Source: Auanema rhodensis
Lineage: Eukaryota > Animalia > Nematoda
Assembly: GCA_964057225.1 (NCBI GenBank)
Contig: OZ059895.1
Location: 16,058,001-16,122,000, forward strand
Direction: 5' to 3'
Length of the DNA: 64,000 nt
The translations under genes and the position numbers were made by a program. The notes under the pieces are model-generated. The model was not told where the DNA came from, did no database searches, and saw only the letters and a list, made by a program, of their open reading frames with translations. This document shows, one piece after another, positions 38,729 to 51,900 of this stretch (the stretch's first letter is position 1; each line of letters begins with the position of its first letter).

Positions 38729-39939
38729 CTTTCTCTTTTCTTAAGATTGACCTTATGCTCTTTATTTCTTACCGCTACACCAATGAATACCATACACGTT
38801 TATTTTAAGTCCATTTTTGCTCTCCAAATTATAAATTGCTCGACTTGAAACAACAAAATGAAGGCGCCAATTTGTTTTAAGGTACAGATACAAGGGATCT
38901 TGCTTAAATGCAAGATAGGACCAATACAATTTTTGCCCGCCGTCCTCAATCAATTTCGCCAAACGAGAAATTATAATTGTTCACATTTTATTTTGGGCAT
39001 AAAGAAGTTGATTATTGGAGCAAAAATTCATAAAGACGCGCGCAATTGATTATAGTTTGTATATATTGTGGTCAGAACTAGAATTTCAAAACATTATTAT
39101 ATTCAGACGTACAAGATCAATTTACATATTATTTTGCGGGAAACCGAAAACGGTTATATAAAATCAATATAAAAACAGACCACACTAGTCCGAAAAAGCC
39201 TGGTAAATCTGCAATAAGACTTCTCAGCTCTTTTTTGACAGTCAGGTCAAGTTGGCGGAAGCATAACTGCTACGGATTTTATTCCGGTAGATTATGTCAC
39301 CTTCCTCAAATCATTTCGTTGTTTCAATTCATAAGATACCCCTCATCTCTTACAGTAATACTAAGTAATTTGGATATGTTTAAAAATAGACGTAATTTTC
39401 TCATTCTCAAAAAGAAATTCACTTAGTTCAACGCAGTTTGGCTTATTTTGATCAAGAAAAAGGACAGCCTTTTCAATAATTTTCCTCAAACATCATTAGC
39501 ATGCACAATGTCAAAAACATTTTGAGCAAAACATGCTATTTAAGGAAAAAGGAATGAGGACAAGATTGAAAAACACATAAGGCCATTTTCTTAACAAAAA
39601 CAGAGCAAAGCGCACAAAAATAAAAACACAGAGTACAAGCTTTATTTATTCAAAACCCCCACTTGTAAGCTAGCTGTCTCTCAAACTCTGCAGCAAGAGA
39701 GATAGGCTCGTAACTGGGATTGAGGTATTCGGGAAACTCTCTCCCCAGTGAGGCCCTCAGCTACAATCCAAGCGAAGAGCTATCATAACATACATCAATT
39801 TCAAACAATATTTTACATAATAATTCATAAAATAAAGGCTGCCTATCGGAATACCAACTCCAGGGAAGTGCGACAAGCCCACACGGGAGAGCGGCATAAA
39901 AATGCGCGCACTGGTCACGGAAGCAGAGAAGCCCTACGA

Positions 39940-41382
39940 GTTTTGGGCCTTGCTCAGATCACTCCTACCTTCAGAGTATTTTTAAGTCCTCTTAAGAAGG
40001 TTGATCTTAATATGTGATCCTTATGTGGGTCATCGCTGGCGAAAGCACTAAGGCTTATTGTTCGCAAAGCTTGAGCAAAGGCATCAATCGAAAGATCCCC
40101 TTGACTAGTGTTTTGAAGGCTGATCAGTGCTGGTTCCTGATTATATTCAGGACAGAGATTTGATGTTAAAGCTGCTAACAGATCGTTCCATGAACCCGAT
40201 GTTTCAAGGTGTTCAGGAGTTTGTTTGTATGCTTCTTCCGCCGCATCATTTTTAAGAAGCAACGGCAGAAGAGTCAACCTTTCAGGTATTACTAGGCCAA
40301 GTGCATTAGCGAAGACATTAGATTTAGCGGTAAAGTCGCGGAAATTGCGGCTACCGTCATAAACAGGGCAGTAGGGTGATGTTAAAACTTGGACGATTGT
40401 TGTTTTCCCCGCTCCGGGTAAATTGGTTGCGGGCTCAATCATTTTTTTCGGAACAGTTATTACTGTATATGCAGATCTTGAACTTCCTGACGTAGGAGTA
40501 ATGTGCTCTGTTTGGTTATATTGGTTAGGTGTCGTCAATTCGTCTAATCTTGGACTATTGAGAATTGAGGTTGATGTTTGTGGGTTATTTTTCAAAAGTT
40601 TTCTCTGCTTCGGTGAGGTGATTGGAGATAACGTATAGCGCGTGTATGTATTGGGTATTGTAGCGAGTCGTTGTGCTCGGCTAGATTTTGGGTTTGGGTC
40701 TTTGTTTGAGCGATTCAATAAATCAACGACTTTGTTTTTAAGAGATTGTAAGTCTGTTGTTGAAGGTTAACCAGTAGGTTCTTGACTTGAGAGAGAGAAA
40801 GAGAGATATCAGAATTATTTAAATTTTTATTATTTTTATGTATATTTGAAGAGCGTACCTTTTCTTTCGTAGTGGTGTTCGGTGTCTGTTCGTCTATGAT
40901 CAAGGGTCGCTCGTTGTCTCCAGATGGTATGTAGTCCGGATCGCTAGAATGTTCTGAAGGAGAAAACGTACCTGCGCGGGGCGTGTAAAATTTTTCGACG
41001 TTAGGCTTCCCCTCTGCTGTGTCTTCGTTGATGATAGCGACACTTTGCGCGCGAGTTCGGCTTCTGGTTACTGGAGCTGAATCGCGTGGATCCGGGTTGG
41101 AGTGTGTACTAAGAGGTACAGCTGAGTTATACCTTCTCTCCACCTTGTTAGGGCTCTTGGTTTGAAAAAACCTTGAGTGTTTTATTACGTGTGGGATGAT
41201 GGGATTTTAACGTAAATAGGTGGGTATGTAAGCTTAGTTGTTGGTGATCAGTTGGGAAAAGTTAGATTGAGACTGACGACTGGTTTGGACAAGTCGGAAG
41301 GATAGGAATGAATCTAAGGTTCTGGCCATAACTTTAAATCTGCCTTCTACCGTACTTTGGAATTGGACTTTGGTTATCTTGG
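39940..41382 (-). mobile_element. Second, diverged and truncated copy of the gypsy-like element (leader, upstream ORF 40715-41143, gag 39954-40718)
   Basis: High similarity to 28525-29920. gag stops at a different TGA and the element ends after RPKT. Confidence 0.85.
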
Positions 41383-41855
41383 TCTCATATTCTCGGTAGT
41401 ATAGTGGTGAGTAACCACACGTTACGATTCTTAGATTCATTCGTATCCTTCCGACGGGTCTCGCATGTGACATCGTATCCTTCCGAGGGGTCTCGCATGT
41501 GACAGACGCGGATACTATACTACCGAGGATATGAGACCAAGATAACCAAAGTCCAATTCCAAAGTACGGTAGAAGGCAGATTTAAAGTTATGGCCAGAAC
41601 CTTAGATTCATTCCTATCCTTCCGACTTGTCCAAACCAGTCGTCAGTCTCAATCTAAGTTTTCCCATCTTATCAGAATACCAACGTTACGATTCTAGATG
41701 GTTAAATTGGTCTCATATTCTCGGTAGTATAGTGGTGAGTATCCGCGTCTGTCACATGCGAGACCCGTCGGAAGGATACGAATGAATCTAAGGTTCTGGC
41801 CATAACTTTAAATCCGCCTTCCACCGTATTTTGGAATTGGACTTTGGTTAAATTG
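41253..41855. repeat. Inverted and direct patchwork of retroelement leader and tRNA-Asp fragments
   Basis: ~153-bp inverted repeat 41253-41405 / 41514-41666, antisense tRNA pieces 41455-41530, inverted spacer 41669-41696, truncated tRNA 41718-41767. Confidence 0.85.
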
Positions 41856-41863
41856 GTCTCATA

Positions 41864-41935
41864 TTCTCGGTAGTATAGTGGTAAGTATCCGCGTCTGTCA
41901 CATGCGAGACCCGGGTTCAATTCCCGGCCGGGGAG
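41864..41935 (+). tRNA. tRNA-Asp: tRNA-Asp variant (C2T, D-loop G>A) with retroelement-derived 5' flank
   Basis: TTCTCGGTAGTATAGTGGTAAG...GGGGAG. Confidence 0.85.
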
Positions 41936-42110
41936 AATGTATTACACCTGTTCAGTATGTTTTCTTCCAGGTAATGCCCTGAGGGTTAAATTATCCGTAA
42001 ATGTATTGTTTCATTGGCTAAATAGTTGTGAACGGTATGGTCGCCAATATTGTCGAGTTCTTCCCGCTTGAGTTGCAAATAAAACCTGATCGAATGTTTT
42101 TCCTCAAGAG

Positions 42111-42246
42111 GATCATCAAGGCGGGCTCTCTACGAAGAGGCCTGATTATTGCACTTTTCGATTGGGCTGACCTGTATGGCAATCTCGAGTTGAGATTCGC
42201 CAACAGCTAAATTTTTGCGTTTGGGGATGCGTTCGCGCGGCCCTTA
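42111..42246 (+). pseudogene. 5'-truncated U1 (promoter region and 5' end deleted)
   Basis: TCCTCAAGAG is joined to GATCATCAAG. Confidence 0.85.
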
Positions 42247-42485
42247 CAATCTGAAGTATAAAGTTCATGCTTCGTGATTAGAATATCTTGAGAGTTTCAC
42301 GTGAGATCCACGTACATCCACACGCTCACTTCATTTTTGAAATATATTAGCACTTGACCGGTTGTTCTTCATGTTATGAAATTACTTCTATACTACAGTT
42401 TTCTTTTCAGGAAATTGTGATCAATGAAGCTAAGGGAGAGACTTAGAATCGTAACGTTGGTATTCTGATAACGTGTAGCCTCATA

Positions 42486-42557
42486 TCCTCGGTAGTATAG
42501 TGGTGAGTATCCGCGTCTGTCACATGCGAGACCCGGGTTCAATTCCCGGCCGGGGAG
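42486..42557 (+). tRNA. tRNA-Asp: tRNA-Asp(GTC)
   Basis: Consensus copy. Confidence 0.96.
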
Positions 42558-42809
42558 AATGTTTTACACCTGTTCAGTATGTTTTCTTCCAGGTAATGCC
42601 CTGAGGATTAAATTATCCGTAAATATGTTGTTTCATTGGCAAAATAGTTGTGAACGGGATGGTCGCCAATATTGTCGGGTTCTTCCAGCTTGAGTTGCAA
42701 TTAAAACCTGATCGAATGTTTTTCCTCAAGATTCAGAAATTTAATAAAGTGAAACCCATATGAGATACCAAACAAGGTATGGCCTGTTAGACTGATTGAG
42801 TTGACCATT

Positions 42810-42971
42810 AAACTTACCTGGCTGGGAGCTGCCCGCGATCATCAAGGCGGGCTCTCTATGAAGAGGCCTGATCATTGCACTTTTCGATTGGGCTGACATG
42901 TATGGCAATCTCGAGTTGAGATTCGCCAACAGCTAAATTTTTGCGTTTGGGGATGCGTTCGCGCGTCCCTT
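42810..42971 (+). ncRNA. U1: U1 snRNA (first full copy of the right array; two SL2 substitutions)
   Basis: All U1 motifs are present. Confidence 0.93.
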
Positions 42972-45900
42972 ACAATCTGAAGTATAAAGTTCATGCTTCG
43001 TGATTAGAATATCTTGAGAGTTTCACGTGAGATCCACGTACATCCACACGCTCACTTCATTTTTGAAATATATTAGCACTTGACCGGTTGTTCTTCATGT
43101 TATAAAGTTACTTCTATACTACAGTTTTTCTTTTCAGGAAATTGTGATCATTGAAGCTAAGGGAGAGACTTAGAATCGTAACGTTGGTATTCTGATAACG
43201 TGTAGCCTCATATCCTTGGTAGTATAGTGGTGAGTATCCGCGTCTGTCACATGCGAGACCCGGGTTCAATTCCCGGCCGGGGAGAATGTTTTACACCTGT
43301 TCAGTATGTTTTCTTCCAGGTAATGCCCTGAGTATTAAATTATCCGTATATATGTTGTTTCATTGGCAAAATAGTTGTGAACGGGATGGTCGCCAATATT
43401 GTCGGGTTCTTCCAGCTTGAGTTGCAATTAAAACCTGATCGAATGTTTTTCCTCAAGATTCAGAAATTTAATAAAGTGAAACCCATATGAGATACCAAAC
43501 AAGGTATGGCCTGTTAGACTCATTGAGTTGACCATTAAACTTACCTGGCTGGGAGCTGCCCGCGATCATCAAGGCGGGCTCTCTACGAAGAGGCCTGATC
43601 ATTGCACTTTTCGATTGGGCTGACCTGTATGGCAATCTCGAGTTGAGATTCGCCAACAGCTAAATTTTTGCGTTTGGGGATGCGTTCGCGCGTCCCTTAC
43701 AATCTCGAGTATTAATTTCATGCTTGGTAATCAGAATATCGTGAGAGTTTCACGTGAAATCCACGTACATCCACACGCTCACTTCATTTTTGAATTATAA
43801 TAGCACTTGACCGGTTGTTCTTCATGTTATAAAATTATTTCTATACTACAATTTTTCTTTTCAGGAAATTGTGATCATTGAAGTTAAGGGAGAGACTTAG
43901 AATCGCAACGTTGGTATTCTGATAACGTGTAGCCTCATATCCTCGGTAGTATAGTGGTGAGTATCCGCGTCTGTCACATGCGAGACCCGGGTTCAATTCC
44001 CGGCCGGGGAGAATGTTTTACACCTGTTCAGTATGTTTTCTTTCAGGTAATGCCCTGAGGGTTAAATTATCCGTAAATATGTAGTTTCATTGGCAGAGTA
44101 GTTAAGAACGGGATGGTCGCCAATATTGTCGGGTTCTTCCAGCTTGAGTTGCAATTAAAACCTGATCGAATGTTTTTCCTCATGATTCAGAAATTTAATA
44201 AAGAGAAACCCATATGAGATACCAAACAAGGTATGGCCTGTTAGACTCATTGAGTTGACCATTAAACTTACCTGGCTGGGAGCTGCCCGCGATCATCAAG
44301 GCGGGCTCTCTACGAAGAGGCCTGATCATTGCACTTTTCGATTGGGCTGACCTGTATGGCAATCTCGAGTTGAGATTCGCCAACAGCTAAATTTTTGCGT
44401 TTGGGGATGCGTTCGCGCGTCCCTTACAATCTGAAGTATAAAGTTCATGCTTCGTGATTAGAATATCTTGAGAGTTTCACGTGAGATCCACGTACATCCA
44501 CACGCTCACTTCATTTTTGAAATATATTAGCACTTGACCGGTTGTTCTTCATGTTATAAAGTTACTTCTATACTACAGTTTTTCTTTTCAGGAAATTGTG
44601 ATCATTGAAGCTAAGGGAGAGACTTAGAATCGTAACGTTGGTATTCTGATAACGTGTAGCCTCATATCCTCGGTAGTATAGTGGTGAGTATCCGCGTCTG
44701 TCACATGCGAGACCCGGGTTCAATTCCCGGCCGGGGAGAATGTTTTACACCTGTTCAGTATGTTTTCTTCCAGGTAATGCCCTGAGTATTAAATTATCCG
44801 TATATATGTTGTTTCATTGGCAAAATAGTTGTGAACGGGATGGTCGCCAATATTGTCGGGTTCTTCCAGCTTGAGTTGCAATTAAAACCTGATCGAATGT
44901 TTTTCCTCAAGATTCAGAAATTTAATAAAGTGAAACCCATATGAGATACCAAACAAGGTATGGCCTGTTAGACTCATTGAGTTGACCATTAAACTTACCT
45001 GGCTGGGAGCTGCCCGCGATCATCAAGGCGGGCTCTCTACGAAGAGGCCTGATCATTGCACTTTTCGATTGGGCTGACCTGTATGGCAATCTCGAGTTGA
45101 GATTCGCCAACAGCTAAATTTTTGCGTTTGGGGATGCGTTCGCGCGTCCCTTACAATCTCGAGTATTAATTTCATGCTTGGTAATCAGAATATCGTGAGA
45201 GTTTCACGTGAAATCCACGTACATCCACACGCTCACTTCATTTTTGAATTATAATAGCACTTGACCGGTTGTTCTTCATGTTATAAAATTACTTCTATAC
45301 TACAATTTTTCTTTTCAGGAAATTGTGATCATTGAAGTTAAGGGAGAGACTTAGAATCGCAACGTTGGTATTCTGATAACGTGTAGCCTCATATCCTCGG
45401 TAGTATAGTGGTGAGTATCCGCGTCTGTCACATGCGAGACCCGGGTTCAATTCCCGGCCGGGGAGAATGTTTTACACCTGTTCAGTATGTTTTCTTCCAG
45501 GTAATGCCCTGAGGGTTAAATTATCCGTAAATATGTAGTTTCATTGGCAGAGTAGTTAAGAACGGGATGGTCGCCAATATTGTCGGGTTCTTCCAGCTTG
45601 AGTTGCAATTAAAACCTGATCGAATGTTTTTCCTCATGATTCAGAAATTTAATAAAGAGAAACCCATATGAGATACCAAACAAGGTATGGCCTGTTAGAC
45701 TCATTGAGTTGACCATTAAACTTACCTGGCTGGGAGCTGCCCGCGATCATCAAGGCGGGCTCTCTACGAAGAGGCCTGATCATTGCACTTTTCGATTGGG
45801 CTGACCTGTATGGCAATCTCGAGTTGAGATTCGCCAACAGCTAAATTTTTGCGTTTGGGGATGCGTTCGCGCGTCCCTTACAATCTCGAGTATTAATTTC

Positions 45901-48900
45901 ATGCTTGGTAATCAGAATATCGTGAGAGTTTCACGTGAAATCCACGTACATCCACACGCTCACTTCATTTTTGAATTATAATAGCACTTGACCGGTTGTT
46001 CTTCATGTTATAAAATTACTTCTATACTACAATTTTTCTTTTCAGGAAATTGTGATCATTGAAGTTAAGGGAGAGACTTAGAATCGCAACGTTGGTATTC
46101 TGATAACGTGTAGCCTCATATCCTCGGTAGTATAGTGGTGAGTATCCGCGTCTGTCACATGCGAGACCCGGGTTCAATTCCCGGCCGGGGAGAATGTTTT
46201 ACACCTGTTCAGTATGTTTTCTTCCAGGTAATGCCCTGAGTATTAAATTATCCGTATATATGTTGTTTCATTGGCAAAATAGTTGTGAACGGGATGGTCG
46301 CCAATATTGTCGGGTTCTTCCAGCTTGAGTTGCAATTAAAACTTGATCGAATGTTTTTCCTCAAGATTCAGAAATTTAATAAAGTGAAACCCATATGAGA
46401 TACCAAGCAAAGTATGGCCTGTGGGACTCATTGAGTTGAACATTAAACTTACCTGGCTGGGAGCTGCCCGCGATCATCAAGGCGGGCTCTCTACGAAGAG
46501 GCCTGATCATTGCACTTTTCGATTGGGCTGACCTGTATGGCAATCTCGAGTTGAGATTCGCCAACAGCTAAATTTTTGCGTTTGGGGATGCGTTCGCGCG
46601 TCCCTTACAATCTCGAGTATTAATTTCATGCTTGGTAATCAGAATATCGTGAGAGTTTCACGTGAAATCCACGTACATCCACACGCTCACTTCATTTTTG
46701 AATTATAATAGCACTTGACCGGTTGTTCTTCATGTTATAAAATTACTTCTATACTACAATTTTTCTTTTCAGGAAATTGTGATCATTGAAGTTAAGGGAG
46801 AGACTTAGAATCGCAACGTTGGTATTCTGATAACGTGTAGCCTCATATCCTCGGTACTATAGTGGTGAGTATCCGCGTCTGTCACATGCGAGACCCGGGT
46901 TCAATTCCCGGCCGGGGAGAATGTTTTACACCTGTTCAGTATGTTTTCTTCCAGGTAATGCCCTGAGGGTTAAATTATCCGTAAATATGTTGTTTCATTG
47001 GCAAAATAGTTGTGAACGGGATGGTCGCCAATATTGTCGGGTTCTTCCAGCTTGAGTTGCAATTAAAACTTGATCGAATGTTTTTCCTCAAGATTCAGAA
47101 ATTTAATAAAGTGAAACCCATATGAGATACCAAGCATAGTATGGCCTGTTAGACTCATTGAGTTGAACATTAAACTTACCTGGCTGGGAGCTGCCCGCGA
47201 TCATCAAGGCGGGCTCTCTACGAAGAGGCCTGATCATTGCACTTTTCGATTGGGCTGACCTGTATGGCAATCTCGAGTTGAGATTCGCCAACAGCTAAAT
47301 TTTTGCGTTTGGGGATGCGTTCGCGCGTCCCTTACAATCTGAAGTATAAAGTTCATGCTTCGTGATTAGAATATCTTGAGAGTTTCACGTGAGATCCACG
47401 TACATCCACACGCTCACTTCATTTTTGAAATATATTAGCACTTGACCGGTTGTTCTTCATGTTATGAAATTACTTCTATACTACAGTTTTCTTTTCAGGA
47501 AATTGTGATCAATGAAGCTAAGGGAGAGACTTAGAATCGTAACGTTGGTATTCTGATAACGTGTAGCCTCATATCCTCGGTAGTATAGTGGTGAGTATCC
47601 GCGTCTGTCACATGCGAGACCCGGGTTCAATTCCCGGCCGGGGAGAATGTTTTACACCTGTTCAGTATGTTTTCTTCCAGGTAATGCCCTGAGGATTAAA
47701 TTATCCGTAAATATGTTGTTTCATTGGCAAAATAGTTGTGAACGGGATGGTCGCCAATATTGTCGGGTTCTTCCAGCTTGAGTTGCAATTAAAACCTGAT
47801 CGAATGTTTTTCCTCAAGATTCAGAAATTTAATAAAGTGAAACCCATATGAGATACCAAACAAGGTATGGCCTGTTAGACTGATTGAGTTGACCATTAAA
47901 CTTACCTGGCTGGGAGCTGCCCGCGATCATCAAGGCGGGCTCTCTATGAAGAGGCCTGATCATTGCACTTTTCGATTGGGCTGACATGTATGGCAATCTC
48001 GAGTTGAGATTCGCCAACAGCTAAATTTTTGCGTTTGGGGATGCGTTCGCGCGTCCCTTACAATCTGAAGTATAAAGTTCATGCTTCGTGATTAGAATAT
48101 CTTGAGAGTTTCACGTGAGATCCACGTACATCCACACGCTCACTTCATTTTTGAAATATATTAGCACTTGACCGGTTGTTCTTCATGTTATAAAGTTACT
48201 TCTATACTACAGTTTTTCTTTTCAGGAAATTGTGATCATTGAAGCTAAGGGAGAGACTTAGAATCGTAACGTTGGTATTCTGATAACGTGTAGCCTCATA
48301 TCCTTGGTAGTATAGTGGTGAGTATCCGCGTCTGTCACATGCGAGACCCGGGTTCAATTCCCGGCCGGGGAGAATGTTTTACACCTGTTCAGTATGTTTT
48401 CTTCCAGGTAATGCCCTGAGTATTAAATTATCCGTATATATGTTGTTTCATTGGCAAAATAGTTGTGAACGGGATGGTCGCCAATATTGTCGGGTTCTTC
48501 CAGCTTGAGTTGCAATTAAAACCTGATCGAATGTTTTTCCTCAAGATTCAGAAATTTAATAAAGTGAAACCCATATGAGATACCAAACAAGGTATGGCCT
48601 GTTAGACTCATTGAGTTGACCATTAAACTTACCTGGCTGGGAGCTGCCCGCGATCATCAAGGCGGGCTCTCTACGAAGAGGCCTGATCATTGCACTTTTC
48701 GATTGGGCTGACCTGTATGGCAATCTCGAGTTGAGATTCGCCAACAGCTAAATTTTTGCGTTTGGGGATGCGTTCGCGCGTCCCTTACAATCTCGAGTAT
48801 TAATTTCATGCTTGGTAATCAGAATATCGTGAGAGTTTCACGTGAAATCCACGTACATCCACACGCTCACTTCATTTTTGAATTATAATAGCACTTGACC

Positions 48901-51900
48901 GGTTGTTCTTCATGTTATAAAATTATTTCTATACTACAATTTTTCTTTTCAGGAAATTGTGATCATTGAAGTTAAGGGAGAGACTTAGAATCGCAACGTT
49001 GGTATTCTGATAACGTGTAGCCTCATATCCTCGGTAGTATAGTGGTGAGTATCCGCGTCTGTCACATGCGAGACCCGGGTTCAATTCCCGGCCGGGGAGA
49101 ATGTTTTACACCTGTTCAGTATGTTTTCTTCCAGGTAATGCCCTGAGGGTTAAATTATCCGTAAATATGTAGTTTCATTGGCAGAGTAGTTAAGAACGGG
49201 ATGGTCGCCAATATTGTCGGGTTCTTCCAGCTTGAGTTGCAATTAAAACCTGATCGAATGTTTTTCCTCATGATTCAGAAATTTAATAAAGAGAAACCCA
49301 TATGAGATACCAAACAAGGTATGGCCTGTTAGACTCATTGAGTTGACCATTAAACTTACCTGGCTGGGAGCTGCCCGCGATCATCAAGGCGGGCTCTCTA
49401 CGAAGAGGCCTGATCATTGCACTTTTCGATTGGGCTGACCTGTATGGCAATCTCGAGTTGAGATTCGCCAACAGCTAAATTTTTGCGTTTGGGGATGCGT
49501 TCGCGCGTCCCTTACAATCTGAAGTATAAAGTTCATGCTTCGTGATTAGAATATCTTGAGAGTTTCACGTGAGATCCACGTACATCCACACGCTCACTTC
49601 ATTTTTGAAATATATTAGCACTTGACCGGTTGTTCTTCATGTTATAAAGTTACTTCTATACTACAGTTTTTCTTTTCAGGAAATTGTGATCATTGAAGCT
49701 AAGGGAGAGACTTAGAATCGTAACGTTGGTATTCTGATAACGTGTAGCCTCATATCCTCGGTAGTATAGTGGTGAGTATCCGCGTCTGTCACATGCGAGA
49801 CCCGGGTTCAATTCCCGGCCGGGGAGAATGTTTTACACCTGTTCAGTATGTTTTCTTCCAGGTAATGCCCTGAGTATTAAATTATCCGTATATATGTTGT
49901 TTCATTGGCAAAATAGTTGTGAACGGGATGGTCGCCAATATTGTCGGGTTCTTCCAGCTTGAGTTGCAATTAAAACCTGATCGAATGTTTTTCCTCAAGA
50001 TTCAGAAATTTAATAAAGTGAAACCCATATGAGATACCAAACAAGGTATGGCCTGTTAGACTCATTGAGTTGACCATTAAACTTACCTGGCTGGGAGCTG
50101 CCCGCGATCATCAAGGCGGGCTCTCTACGAAGAGGCCTGATCATTGCACTTTTCGATTGGGCTGACCTGTATGGCAATCTCGAGTTGAGATTCGCCAACA
50201 GCTAAATTTTTGCGTTTGGGGATGCGTTCGCGCGTCCCTTACAATCTCGAGTATTAATTTCATGCTTGGTAATCAGAATATCGTGAGAGTTTCACGTGAA
50301 ATCCACGTACATCCACACGCTCACTTCATTTTTGAATTATAATAGCACTTGACCGGTTGTTCTTCATGTTATAAAATTACTTCTATACTACAATTTTTCT
50401 TTTCAGGAAATTGTGATCATTGAAGTTAAGGGAGAGACTTAGAATCGCAACGTTGGTATTCTGATAACGTGTAGCCTCATATCCTCGGTACTATAGTGGT
50501 GAGTATCCGCGTCTGTCACATGCGAGACCCGGGTTCAATTCCCGGCCGGGGAGAATGTTTTACACCTGTTCAGTATGTTTTCTTCCAGGTAATGCCCTGA
50601 GGGTTAAATTATCCGTAAATATGTTGTTTCATTGGCAAAATAGTTGTGAACGGGATGGTCGCCAATATTGTCGGGTTCTTCCAGCTTGAGTTGCAATTAA
50701 AACTTGATCGAATGTTTTTCCTCAAGATTCAGAAATTTAATAAAGTGAAACCCATATGAGATACCAAGCATAGTATGGCCTGTTAGACTCATTGAGTTGA
50801 ACATTAAACTTACCTGGCTGGGAGCTGCCCGCGATCATCAAGGCGGGCTCTCTACGAAGAGGCCTGATCATTGCACTTTTCGATTGGGCTGACCTGTATG
50901 GCAATCTCGAGTTGAGATTCGCCAACAGCTAAATTTTTGCGTTTGGGGATGCGTTCGCGCGTCCCTTACAATCTGAAGTATAAAGTTCATGCTTCGTGAT
51001 TAGAATATCTTGAGAGTTTCACGTGAGATCCACGTACATCCACACGCTCACTTCATTTTTGAAATATATTAGCACTTGACCGGTTGTTCTTCATGTTATA
51101 AAATTACTTCTATACTACAGTTTTCTTTTCAGGAAATTGTGATCAATGAAGCTAAGGGAGAGACTTAGAATCGTAACGTTGGTATTCTGATAACGTGTAG
51201 CCTCATATCCTCGGTAGTATAGTGGTGAGTATCCGCGTCTGTCACATGCGAGACCCGGGTTCAATTCCCGGCCGGGGAGAATGTTTTACACCTGTTCAGT
51301 ATGTTTTCTTCCAGGTAATGCCCTGAGGATTAAATTATCCGTAAATATGTTGTTTCATTGGCAAAATAGTTGTGAACGGGATGGTCGCCAATATTGTCGG
51401 GTTCTTCCAGCTTGAGTTGCAATTAAAACTTGATGGAATGTTTTTCCTCAACATTCAGAAATTTAATAAAGTGAAACCCATATGAGATACCAAACAAGGT
51501 ATGGCCTGTTAGACTCATTGAGTTGACCATTAAACTTACCTGGCTGGGAGCTGCCTGCGATCATCAAGGCGGGCTCTCTACGAAGAGGCCTGATCATTGC
51601 ACTTTTCGATTGGGCTGACCTGTATGGCAATCTCGAGTTGAGATTCGCCAACAGCTAAATTGTTGCGTTTGGGGATGCGTTCGCGCGTCCCTTACAATCT
51701 GAAGTATAAAGTTCATGCTTCGTGATTAGAATATCTTGAGAGTTTCACGTGAGATCCACGTACATCCACACGCTCACTTCATTTTTGAAATATATTAGCA
51801 CTTGACCGGTTGTTCTTCATGTTATAAAGTTACTTCTATACTACAGTTTTTCTTTTCAGGAAATTGTGATCATTGAAGCTAAGGGAGAGACTTAGAATCC

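Noticed and set aside
39664-39764. Short TGTA...CTACA segment as a solo LTR
   Set aside because: Only ~100 bp, with no TSD or partner copy. The surrounding 39420-39940 sequence remains unassigned.
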